Assembly (NCBI GenBank): GCA_964016885.1
Contig: OZ024743.1
Span: forward strand, 252,340,001-252,404,000
Reading direction: 5' to 3'
From: Eledone cirrhosa
Taxonomy: Eukaryota
Length of the DNA: 64,000 nt
The notes beneath the pieces were generated by a model. The model had not been told where the DNA came from, searched no databases, and saw only the letters and a list, made by a program, of their open reading frames with translations. Positions 1-12,700 of this stretch are shown in pieces. How positions within the stretch are numbered: the stretch's first letter is position 1; every line of letters starts with the position of its first letter. The position numbers were made by a program, and so were the translations under genes.

Positions 1-352
1 TGTCAGTCTATCTCTCTCGTTCTCTCTCTCTCTCTAATTGTTGTAGTAGTGAATGAGATATTGTGATATGTGCGAAGATCAATTTTCAGGCTAAACAGTC
101 AACTAAGATGTTTTGAATCAGTTTGGCAAGGCTAACTTTGTGTAAATGATTTCATTTCATTACTGTACAGCATATAAGACACTGACCAAAATCTATGTTA
201 TCTGTATTTGGTGTTATCTTTTGGCAATTTGACCATCCTGTCTGCTAAATATCAACTAATTGCCGGGTCATAGAACACATAGCCAGAGATAAAGATATCA
301 TACTTCATTAATATATATATATGTGTGTAAGTATGAGAACGATGATGATGAT

Positions 353-525
<173 letters not shown>

Positions 526-984
526 TGGCAACATGACCCTCCCGAAGTATAACAATATATATATATACATACATACATATAAACATATATATACCAACTC
601 ATAATATTATAATATTATAAAATTAAATCAAATTATTTAACACTACAAGTGAAGTCATTCTTTTCCTTTTTTTTAAATATACCTAACTGTACCAAGGATC
701 TCACACATTTTCCAATATATACATACATATACATACATACATATACATACATAAATATATATATATATGTGTGTGTATATATTAGTGAGATGGATGATTG
801 ACCAGGAGCTCAGGCAGTTTTAGCTAGAGACCTTTTTCTATCATATATATATATAGGATAGAAATATTTTTTATTATGGCTTAAGTGATGAGTCCTGTTA
901 CTCTATAATTTCACCTATGCACTCACAGTATCATGATTTTATTTCATTACACTACAACATATAAGAAGACACCATGGATGCATG

Positions 985-1190
985 TTTTCCTGAGCAAGAC
1001 ACTTTATCTCATGCTGCTCTGGTCAACTCAGCTGGCAAAAATAAGTTGCATGTGTAATTCAAAAAGACAGCCTCTTCACACTTTGTTTCACACTAAATCT
1101 CCTTAAGAACTACATTAGAGGTACATGTGTCTATAGAATGGTTGGCAATTTGCACAGTAATTTTAAGAGCAGCTTGTCCCATTAACATTC
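985..1190 (+). mobile_element. Degenerate SINE remnant (central-domain-like segment)
   Basis: 'cctgagcaagacactttatctc...tgctctggtcaactcagctggcaaaaat' resembles the CORE/V-SINE-type central motif (tccttgagcaagacactt) of tRNA-derived SINEs. Recognised from memory; no A/B box head seen. Confidence 0.45.
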
Positions 1191-1304
1191 ACACTCATTG
1201 GCAGAATCAATGAAGGTCCAACACACTCAGCAACAAAGAAACATACATGAGCTGTAAGAAAATCTCTGTATAAGAATTGGATATTATATGCAGGAGAGAA
1301 GATT

Positions 1305-1735
1305 ATGCTGATACAGCCATACTATGCATATAGATGATGATTGTTGGGTGAAGAGGTGCCAGGTGTTTAGGCTGGTACAGACATGCTATATATATGGATG
1401 ATGATTGTTGAGTGAAGAAATGTTAGGATACAAATATGCTATCTGTATGGATGATGATTATCGGGGAAAGAAGTGCTAGGAGTCTCAAGGGGAATGAAGC
1501 AGTGGAAGAGCAATGCCAAGGAAGACTTGGGCAGAAATGGTGAAAAAACACAGATGAGGTGAGACAAAAAAACTGTATATAAGAGGAATCACAGGTTGTG
1601 AGATACAGAGAAGGTTGCACTGATACATTCATGTAATATATACATAAATGATGACTGTTGGATGAAAAAGTGCCAGGTGTTTATGCTGGTATAGACATGT
1701 TATGTGTATGGAGGATCAATGTTAGATGAAGAAGA
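1305..1735 (+). repeat. Degenerate ~60-bp minisatellite, about 5 copies in two clusters
   Basis: The motif 'gctggtacagacatgctat...atggatgatgattgttg(g/a)gtgaaga..tgccaggtgttta' recurs at about 1307, 1370, 1427, 1620 and 1684. Confidence 0.7.
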
Positions 1736-1966
1736 CCTTGGTAGATGTGAGGAAAGCACAAGTACCTTTACTGTTGATGACTCATGTGCACCTATCATGT
1801 ATGAAGTCTACCTTATTTATCAATACACACACACACACACATCATTATCTTCATCATCATATATGTTCTTGATGGAGTGGTAGGGTTGCTGTCATATCTT
1901 GGTTATTTAAAATTGGTAGTGACCATTGCCTCTCCAGATCTGAACACAGCCAATTTCTTCCATGGA

Positions 1967-2026
1967 AAGAGAGAGATTATATTTACTATTGAGAGAGAGA
2001 GATTATATTTACTATTGAGAGAGAGA

Positions 2027-2086
<60 letters not shown>
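1967..2086. repeat. ~26-bp direct duplication (gagagagattatatttactatt x2) followed by a (GA)n microsatellite
   Basis: Seen directly; the pure GA run is 2031-2086. Confidence 0.95.
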
Positions 2087-2089
<3 letters not shown>

Positions 2090-2109
2090 GAAACAGTAAG
2101 AGAGAATGA

Positions 2110-2250
2110 ATGGACCACTGTACTGGACTGGACTGACAGTTTTGTTTATCGACCTTGAATAAATGAAGGTTTTGAACTCAGAATGACGAGTTTCAGAATA
2201 TACCACATACCATTTTACCTGACGTTTTAATAACTTTGCTACTTCCCCAC
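2110..2250 (-). mobile_element. Degenerate tRNA-derived SINE remnant
   Basis: The minus strand has a B-box-like 'tctgagttcaaa' at about 2171-2182, next to 'tttatcgacc...aatgaagg' on the plus strand. This matches a layout I recall from octopus SINEs. Highly decayed. Confidence 0.4.
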
Positions 2251-2559
2251 TTTATATATGATAGTAATTAGGCTTAAAAAAAGATCTAGAGACTAAATTT
2301 TTATTTACACAGCAATATCAATATTTGAAATAATGATGGAAGTAAATACAATATAATATAAAAAATACTTCCTGAAAATTATGAAAAAAAACAAAAAAAA
2401 CTAAAAAGTACAGAATAATCCTTGTTAGCAGGGAAAACAACTTTAAATTGTAATGACTCACACACACACACATATATATATATAAGAAAACAAAAAATAC
2501 AACCAAGGATATAATACAAAAAACTTATGTAAAATTAAAGCCAAAACAATAAATAATTA

Positions 2560-2607
<48 letters not shown>

Positions 2608-2623
2608 CAGCAGCAGCAGTAGT
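2560..2623. repeat. (TAG)n microsatellite grading into (CAG)n
   Basis: Seen directly. Confidence 0.95.
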
Positions 2624-3039
2624 AATGGAAATTATAGTAATAATGATGATGGTAATAATAATACTAGTAATAGTAGAATTGTGTTAATAATAATAATGAT
2701 AATTGCAAAAATAATTGCAATAAGAGTATAATATAAATCAATAAGTCTGTCTGATTGCCTAATATTTTGTAGTTTGTGAGAAGAGTTGAAAACTTGAATA
2801 GAAAAATACATTTTATGAAAATATGACCAGAGAAAACAGTGTTTTAGGTTAAGACAAACACATAATGAAATCGTAGTTATAGAGATCACATTTAACATCA
2901 TCACCATCATTATTTGCTTGAATAAAAAAACCCATTATTTACTTACATACGTTCTCATACACTATCAATTATTCTGAATGGCTGCAGGCCCAACATAAAA
3001 TCCCACAATTTACTTAGTGCATATTGTCATGTCATCCAC

Positions 3040-3730
3040 ACTAGTGAGGTTGTCATATCTTTGAGACAGTAAAGAGTTCTCTCAACCTTTTATTTGATAG
3101 TTTTTCTTTTTCCTCTGTGCCTTTCCTATCACCAACCACTATTGTGTAGATCACCAAGAACAAAGAGGTCATCATGTCTATGGCGATACTGAACTGTCCT
3201 CCAAGGCACATAACCTTGTAGTTATTGAGAGACACACAATAATGTTGTATTGCTAACACAGTCACCTAGCAGTGCTTCTTCATCATTTCTCCTACATACA
3301 TCATATATTGTCCCCATGTGCACTTTATACTATATGCCATATTTCTAGTTTTCAATTTATCTTTTGGCTTATCTTTCAGACTAAACAATTTCTATCACTA
3401 CAGGTTTTTTTCTTAAAAGTGTAAGTTACACTGATTGGAAATTTCATGGAGATAACTGATATTTTTACAACTTTAATATTAAATTTGAGTTCTCTAAAAC
3501 CTTTCTATATTTATATGCTAGTTCAACTCTGATAGTTTTTGTTGCCATACTATGAGTAGGCTTATATATCTTCTTCCCCATCCTCTCTATTCTGTTCCAT
3601 GCTTCTATACATGGGACATACTCAATTTTCATCATGTTATATTATAGTTTTCAATTTTGCTTTGGTTCCTTTGTTAACTCTACTTCCATGTCTTTCATCC
3701 AGAAAACTGTATGCAGTGAATGGAAGATTC
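3040..3730 (-). pseudogene. Penelope-like element, 3' half: end of RT thumb, Cys-rich linker and C-terminal GIY-YIG endonuclease (decayed)
   Basis: Manual minus-strand translation across frameshifts gives, in order: IHCIQFSG* (3695-3720); CPMYRS..WNRIERMGKK (~3620-3570); YRKVLENS..NIKVVK (~3510-3462); TFKKKTCSDRNCLV*KISQKIN*K/TRNMAYSIKCTWGQYMMYVGE (3420-3287). The C-x4-C-x2-(C) linker followed by NxxYxIxC...YVGE is the PLE GIY-YIG signature (Neptune/Nematis-type architecture). Confidence 0.8.
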
Positions 3731-6700
3731 TGTGTCTCTCTTTTTTAGGATCGCATATGCAGGAAACATTCTTCATGTGTCACTCTAGTTCTTTAGGGTC
3801 ACACATGTTTGACACATTCTTCATGTATCTCTCTAGTTCTTTAGGGTCACACATGTTTGACACATTCTTCATGTGACTTTCTAGTTCTTTAGGGTCACAC
3901 AGGTTAGACACATTCTTCATGTGTCTCTCTAGTTCTTTAGGGTCACACATGTTTGACACATTCTTCATGTATCTCTCTAGTTCTTTAGGATCATACAATA
4001 TTTGACACATTCTTCATGTGTCTTTCTAGTTATTTAGGGTCACACATGTTTGACACATTCTTCATGTGTCTCTATTTCTTTAGGGTCACACATGTTTGAC
4101 ACATTCTTCATGTGTCTTTCTAGTTCTTTAGGATCACACATGTTTGACACATTCTTCATGTGACTTTCTAGTTCTTTAGGGTCACACATGTTTGATACAT
4201 TCTTCATGTGTCTCTCTAATACTTTAGGGTCACACATGTTTGACACATTCTTCTTGTGTCTTTCTAGTTCTTTAGGGTCACACATGTTTGACACATTCTT
4301 CATGTGTCTTTCTAGCTCTTTAGGGTCACACATGTTTGACACATTCTTCATGTGTCTCTCTATTTCTTTAGGATCACACATGTTTGACACATTATTCATG
4401 TGTCTCTCTAGTTCTTTAGGGTCACACATGTTTGACACATTCTTCATGTGTCTCTCTAGTTCTTTAGGGTCACACATGTTTGATACATTCTTCATTTGTC
4501 TATCTAGTTCTTTAGGGTCACAAATGTTTGACACATTCTTCATGTGTCTCTCTATTTCTTTAGGGTCACACATGTTTGACACATTCTTCATGTGTCTCTC
4601 TAGGTCTTTAGGGTCACATATGTTTGACACATTCTTCATGTGACTTTCTAGTTCTTTAGGGTCACACATGTTTGACACATTCTTCATGTGTCTCTCTATT
4701 TCTTTAGGGTCACACATGTTTGACACATTCTTCATGTGTCTTTCTAGTTCTTTAGGGTCACACATGTTTGACACATTCTTCATGTGTCTTTCTAGCTCTT
4801 TAGGGTCACACATGTTTGACACATTCTTCATGTGTCTCTCTAGTTCTTTAGGGTCACACATGTTTGACACATTCTTCATGTGTCTCTTTAGTTCTTTAGG
4901 GTCACACATGTTTGACACATTCTTCATGTGTCTCTCTAGGTCTTTAGGGTCACATATGTTTGACACATTCTTCATGTGACTTTCTAGTTCTTTAGGGTCA
5001 CACATGTTTGACACATTCTTCATGTGTCTCTCTATTTCTTTAGGGTCACACATGTTTGACACATTCTTCATGTGTCTTTCTAGTTCTTTAGGGTCACACA
5101 TGTTTGACACATTCTTCATGTGTCTCTCTATTTCTTTAGGATCACACATGTTTGACACATTCTTCATGTGTCTCGCTAGTTCTTTAGGGTCACACATTTT
5201 TGACACATTCTTCATGTGTCTCTCTAGTTCTTTAGGGTCACAAATGTTGGACACATTCTTCATGTGTCTCTCTATTTCTTTAGGGTCACACATGTTTGAC
5301 ACATTCTTCATGTGTCTTTCTAGTTCTTTAGGGTCACACATGATTGACACATTCTTCATGTGTCTCTCTATTTCTTTAGGATCACACATGTTTGACACAT
5401 TCTTCATGTGTCTCGCTAGTTCTTTAGGGTCACACATGTTTGACACATTCTTCATGTGTCTCTCTAGTTCTTTAGGGTCACAAATGTTTGACACATTCTT
5501 CATGTGTCGCTCTATTTCTTTAGTGTCACACATGTTTGACACATTGTTCATGTGTCTCTCTAGTTCTTTAGGGTCACACATGTTTGACACATTCTTCATG
5601 TGTCTCTCTATTTCTTTAGGGTCACACATGTTTGACACATTCTTCATGTGTCTCTCTAGGTCTTTAAGGTCACATATGTTTGACACATTCTTCATGTGAC
5701 TTTCTAGTTCTTTAGGGTCACACATGTTTGACATATTCTTCATGTGTCTCTCTATTTCTTTAGGGTCACACATGTTTGACACATTCTTCATGTGTCTTTC
5801 TAGTTCTTTAGGGTCACACATGTTTGACACATTCTTCATGTGTCTCTCTATTTCTTTAGGGTCACACATGTTTGACACATTCTTCATGTGACTTTTCTAG
5901 TTCTTTAGGGTCACACATGTTTGACACATTCTTCATGTGACTTTCTAGTTCTTTAGGGTCACACATGTTTGACACATTCTTCATGTGTCTCTCTATTTCT
6001 TTAGGGTCACACATGTTTGACACATTCTTCATGTGTCTCTCTAGTTCTTTAGGATCACACATGTTTGACACATTCTTCATGTGTCTTTCTAGTTCTTTAG
6101 GGTCATACATGTTTGACACATTCTTCATGTGTCTCTCTAGTTCTTTAGGGTCACACATGTTTGACACATTCTTCATGTGTCTCTCTATTTCTTTAGGGTC
6201 ACACATGTTTGACACATTCTTCATGTGTCTTTCTAGTTCTTTAGGGTCACACATGTTTGACACATTCTTCATGTGTCTTTCTAGTTCTTTAGGGTCACAC
6301 ATGTTTGACACATTCTTCATGTGACTTTCTAGTTCTTTAGGGTCACACATGTTTGACACATTCTTCATGTGTCTCTCTATTTCTTTAGGGTCACACATGT
6401 TTGACACATTCTTCATGTGACTTTCTAGTTCTTTAGGGTCACACATGTTTGACACATTCTTCATGTGACTTTCTAGTTCTTTAGGGTCACACATGTTTGA
6501 CACATTCTTCATGTGTCTCTCTATTTCTTTAGGGTCACACATGTTTGACACATTCTTCATGTGTCTCTCTAGTTCTTTAGGATCACACATGTTTGACACA
6601 TTCTTCATGTGTCTCTCTATTTCTTTAGGGTCACACATGTTTGACACATTCTTCATGTGACTTTCTAGTTCTTTAGGGTCACACATGTTTGACACATTCT

Positions 6701-9700
6701 TCATGTGTCTCTCTATTTCTTTAGGGTCACACATGTTTGACACATTCTTCATGTGTCTCTCTGGTTCTTTAGGGTCACACATGTTTGACACATTCTTCAT
6801 GTGTCTCTCTATTTCTTTAGGGTCACACATGTTAGACACATTCTTCATGTGTCTCTCTGGTTCTTTAGGGTCACACATGTTTGACACATTCTTCATGTGT
6901 CTCTCTATTTCTTTAGGTTCACACATGTTTGACACATTCTTCATGTCTCTCTCTATTTCTTTAGGGTCACACATGTTAGACACATTCTTCATGTGTCTCT
7001 CTAGTTCTTTTGGGACACACATGTGGGACACATTCTTCATGTGTCTTTCTAGTTCTTTAGGGTCACACATGTTTGACACATTCTTCATGTGTCTCTCTTG
7101 TTCTTTAGGATCACACATGTTTGACACATTCTACATGTGTCTCTCTATTTCTTTAGGTTCACACATGTTAGACACATTCTTCATGTGCCTCTCTAGTTCT
7201 TTAGGGTCACACATGTTTGACACATTCTTCATGTGTCTCTCTAGTTCTTTAGGGTCACACATGTTTGACACATTCTTCATGTGACTTTCTAGTTCTTTAG
7301 GATTACACATGTTTGATACATTCTTCATGTCTCTCTATTTCTTTAGGGTCACAAATGTTGGACACATTCTTCATGTGTCTCTCTATTTCTTTAGGGTCAC
7401 ACATGTTTGACACATTCTTCATGTGTCTTTCTAGTTCTTTAGGGTCACACATGATTGACACATTCTTCATGTGTCTCTCTATTTCTTTAGGATCACACAT
7501 GTTTGACACATTCTTCATGTGTCTCGCTAGTTCTTTAGGGTCACACATGTTTGACACATTCTTCATGTGTCTCTCTAGTTCTTTAGGGTCACAAATGTTT
7601 GACACATTCTTCATGTGTCGCTCTATTTCTTTAGTGTCACACATGTTTGACACATTCTTCATGTGTCTCTCTAGTTCTTTAGGGTCACACATGTTTGACA
7701 CATTCTTCATGTGTCTCTCTATTTCTTTAGGGTCACACATGTTTGACATATTCTTCATGTGTCTCTCTATTTCTTTAGGGTCACACATGTTTGACACATT
7801 CTTCATGTGTCTTTCTAGTTCTTTAGGGTCACACATGTTTGACACATTCTTCATGTGTCTCTCTATTTCTTTAGGGTCACACATGTTTGACACATTCTTC
7901 ATGTGTCTCTCTAGTTCTTTAGGATCACACATGTTTGACACATTCTTCATGTGTCTTTCTAGTTCTTTAGGGTCACACATGTTTGACACATTCTTCATGT
8001 GTCTCTCTAGTTCTTTAGGGTCACACATGTTTGACACATTCTTCATGTGTCTCTCTATTTCTTTAGGGTCACACATGTTTGACACATTCTTCATGTGTCT
8101 TTCTAGTTCTTTAGGGTCACACATGTTTGACACATTCTTCATGTGTCTTTCTAGTTCTTTAGGGTCACACATGTTTGACACATTCTTCATGTGACTTTCT
8201 AGTTCTTTAGGGTCACACATGTTTGACACATTCTTCATGTGTCTCTCTATTTCTTTAGGGTCACACATGTTTGACACATTCTTCATGTGACTTTCTAGTT
8301 CTTTAGGGTCACACAGGTTAGACACATTCTTCATGTGTCTCTCTAGTTCTTTAGGGTCACACATGTTTGAAACATTCTTCATGTATCTCTCTAGTTCTTT
8401 AGGATCATACAATATTTGACACATTCTTCATGTGTCTTTCTAGTTCTTTAGGGTCACACATGTTTGACACATTCTTCATGTGTCTCTATTTCTTTAGGGT
8501 CACACATGTTTGACACATTCTTCATGTGTCTTTCTAGTTCTTTAGGATCACACATGTTTGACACATTCTTCATGTGACTTTCTAGTTCTTTAGGGTCACA
8601 CATGTTTGATACATTCTTCATGTGTCTCTCTAATACTTTAGGGTCACACATGTTTGACACATTCTTCTTGTGTCTTTCTAGTTCTTTAGGGTCACACATG
8701 TTTGACACATTCTTCATGTGTCTTTCTAGCTCTTTAGGGTCACACATGTTTGACACATTCTTCATGTGTCTCTCTATTTCTTTAGGATCACACATGTTTG
8801 ACACATTATTCATGTGTCTCTCTAGTTCTTTAGGGTCACACATGTTTGACACATTATTCATGTGTCTCTCTAGTTCTTTAGGGTCACACATGTTTGATAC
8901 ATTCTTCATTTGTCTATCTAGTTCTTTAGGGTCACAAATGTTTGACACATTCTTCATGTGTCTCTCTATTTCTTTAGGGTCACACATGTTTGACACATTC
9001 TTCATGTGTCTCTCTAGGTCTTTAGGGTCACATATGTTTGACACATTCTTCATGTGACTTTCTAGTTCTTTAGGGTCACACATGTTTGACACATTCTTCA
9101 TGTGTCTCTCTATTTCTTTAGGGTCACACATGTTTGACACATTCTTCATGTGTCTTTCTAGTTCTTTAGGGTCACACATGTTTGACACATTCTTCATGTG
9201 TCTTTCTAGCTCTTTAGGGTCACACATGTTTGACACATTCTCCATGTGTCTCTCTAGTTCTTTAGGGTCACACATGTTTGACACATTCTTCATGTGTCTC
9301 TTTAGTTCTTTAGGGTCACACATGTTTGACACATTCTTCATGTGTCTCTCTAGGTCTTTAGGGTCACATATGTTTGACACATTCTTCATGTGACTTTCTA
9401 GTTCTTTAGGGTCACACATGTTTGACACATTCTTCATGTGTCTCTCTAGTTCTTTAGGGTCACACATGTTTGACACATTCTTCATGTGTCTCTCTATTTC
9501 TTTAGGGTCACACATGTTTGACACATTCTTCATGTGTCTTTCTAGTTCTTTAGGGTCACACATGTTTGACACATTCTTCATGTGTCTTTCTAGTTCTTTA
9601 GGGTCACACATGTTTGACACATTCTTCATGTGACTTTCTAGTTCTTTAGGGTCACACATGTTTGACACATTCTTCATGTGTCTCTCTATTTCTTTAGGGT

Positions 9701-12700
9701 CACACATGTTTGACACATTCTTCATGTGTCTCTCTGGTTCTTTAGGGTCACACATGTTTGACACATTCTTCATGTGTCTCTCTATTTCTTTAGGGTCACA
9801 CATGTTTGACACATTCTTCATGTGTCTTTCTAGTTCTTTAGGGTCACACATGTTTGACACATTCTTCATGTGTCTCTCTATTTCTTTAGGATCACACATG
9901 TTTGACACATTCTTCATGTGTCTCGCTAGTTCTTTAGGGTCACACATTTTTGACACATTCTTCATGTGTCTCTCTAGTTCTTTAGGGTCACAAATGTTGG
10001 ACACATTCTTCATGTGTCTCTCTATTTCTTTAGGGTCACACATGTTTGACACATTCTTCATGTGTCTTTCTAGTTCTTTAGGGTCACACATGATTGACAC
10101 ATTCTTCATGTGTCTCTCTATTTCTTTAGGATCACACATGTTTGACACATTCTTCATGTGTCTCGCTAGTTCTTTAGGGTCACACATGTTTGACACATTC
10201 TTCATGTGTCTCTCTAGTTCTTTAGGGTCACAAATGTTTGACACATTCTTCATGTGTCGCTCTATTTCTTTAGTGTCACACATGTTTGACACATTGTTCA
10301 TGTGTCTCTCTAGTTCTTTAGGGTCACACATGTTTGACACATTCTTCATGTGTCTCTCTATTTCTTTAGGGTCACACATGTTTGACACATTCTTCATGTG
10401 TCTCTCTAGGTCTTTAAGGTCACATATGTTTGACACATTCTTCATGTGACTTTCTAGTTCTTTAGGGTCACACATGTTTGACATATTCTTCATGTGTCTC
10501 TCTATTTCTTTAGGGTCACACATGTTTGACACATTCTTCATGTGTCTTTCTAGTTCTTTAGGGTCACACATGTTTGACACATTCTTCATGTGTCTCTCTA
10601 TTTCTTTAGGGTCACACATGTTTGACACATTCTTCATGTGACTTTTCTAGTTCTTTAGGGTCACACATGTTTGACACATTCTTCATGTGACTTTCTAGTT
10701 CTTTAGGGTCACACATGTTTGACACATTCTTCATGTGTCTCTCTATTTCTTTAGGGTCACACATGTTTGACACATTCTTCATGTGTCTCTCTAGTTCTTT
10801 AGGATCACACATGTTTGACACATTCTTCATGTGTCTTTCTTGTTCTTTAGGGTCACACATGTTTGACACATTCTTCATGTGTCTCTCTAGTTCTTTAGGG
10901 TCACACATGTTTGACACATTCTTCATGTGTCTCTCTATTTCTTTAGGGTCACACATGTTTGACACATTCTTCATGTGTCTTTCTAGTTCTTTAGGGTCAC
11001 ACATGTTTGACACATTCTTCATGTGTCTTTATAGTTCTTTAGGGTCACACATGTTTGACACATTCTTCATGTGACTTTCTAGTTCTTTAGGGTCACACAT
11101 GTTTGACACATTCTTCATGTGTCTCTCTATTTCTTTAGGGTCACACATGTTTGACACATTCTTCATGTGACTTTCTAGTTCTTTAGGGTCACACATGTTT
11201 GACACATTCTTCATGTGACTTTCTAGTTCTTTAGGGTCACACATGTTTGACACATTCTTCATGTGTCTCTCTATTCCTTTAGGGTCACACATGTTTGACA
11301 CATTCTTCATGTGTCTCTCTAGTTCTTTAGGATCACACACGTTTGACACATTCTTCATGTGTCTCTCTATTTCTTTAGGGTCACACATGTTTGACACATT
11401 CTTCATGTGACTTTCTAGTTCTTTAGGGTCACACATGTTTGACACATTCTTCATGTGTCTCTCTATTTCTTTAGGGTCACACATGTTTGACACATTCTTC
11501 ATGTGTCTCTCTGGTTCTTTAGGGTCACACATGTTTGACACATTCTTCATGTGTCTCTCTATTTCTTTAGGGTCACACATGTTAGACACATTCTTCATGT
11601 GTCTCTCTGGTTCTTTAGGGTCACACATGTTTGACACATTCTTCATGTGTCTCTCTATTTCTTTAGGGTCACACATGTTAGACACATTCTTCATGTGTCT
11701 CTCTATTTCTTTAGGTTCACACATGTTTGACACATTCTTCATGTCTCTCTCTATTTCTTTAGGGTCACACATGTTAGACACATTCTTCATGTGTCTCTCT
11801 AGTTCTTTTGGGACACACATGTGGGACACATTCTTCATGTGTCTTTCTAGTTCTTTAGGGTCACACATGTTTGACACATTCTTCATGTGTCTCTCTTGTT
11901 CTTTAGGATCACACATGTTTGACACATTCTACATGTGTCTCTCTATTTCTTTAGGTTCACACATGTTAGACACATTCTTCATGTGCCTCTCTAGTTCTTT
12001 AGGGTCACACATGTTTGACACATTCTTCATGTGTCTCTCTAGTTCTTTAGGGTCACACATGTTTGACACATTCTTCATGTGACTTTCTAGTTCTTTAGGA
12101 TTACACATGTTTGATACATTCTTCATGTCTCTCTATTTCTTTAGGGTCACAAATGTTGGACACATTCTTCATGTGTCTCTCTATTTCTTTAGGGTCACAC
12201 ATGTTTGACACATTCTTCATGTGTCTTTCTAGTTCTTTAGGGTCACACATGATTGACACATTCTTCATGTGTCTCTCTATTTCTTTAGGATCACACATGT
12301 TTGACACATTCTTCATGTGTCTCGCTAGTTCTTTAGGGTCACACATGTTTGACACATTCTTCATGTGTCTCTCTAGTTCTTTAGGGTCACAAATGTTTGA
12401 CACATTCTTCATGTGTCGCTCTATTTCTTTAGTGTCACACATGTTTGACACATTCTTCATGTGTCTCTCTAGTTCTTTAGGGTCACACATGTTTGACACA
12501 TTCTTCATGTGTCTCTCTATTTCTTTAGGGTCACACATGTTTGACATATTCTTCATGTGTCTCTCTATTTCTTTAGGGTCACACATGTTTGACACATTCT
12601 TCATGTGTCTTTCTAGTTCTTTAGGGTCACACATGTTTGACACATTCTTCATGTGTCTCTCTATTTCTTTAGGGTCACACATGTTTGACACATTCTTCAT

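Noticed and set aside
884-905. Hammerhead ribozyme core (tgatgagtcc) as expected in PLE pseudo-LTRs
   Set aside because: It lacks the C of CUGAUGA, and no matching stem II plus GAAA follows.
1920-1966. Tc1/mariner transposase fragment (SPDLNTANFFHG resembling SPDLNPxDFFLWG)
   Set aside because: A single short motif with no other transposase blocks or terminal inverted repeats; too little to call.
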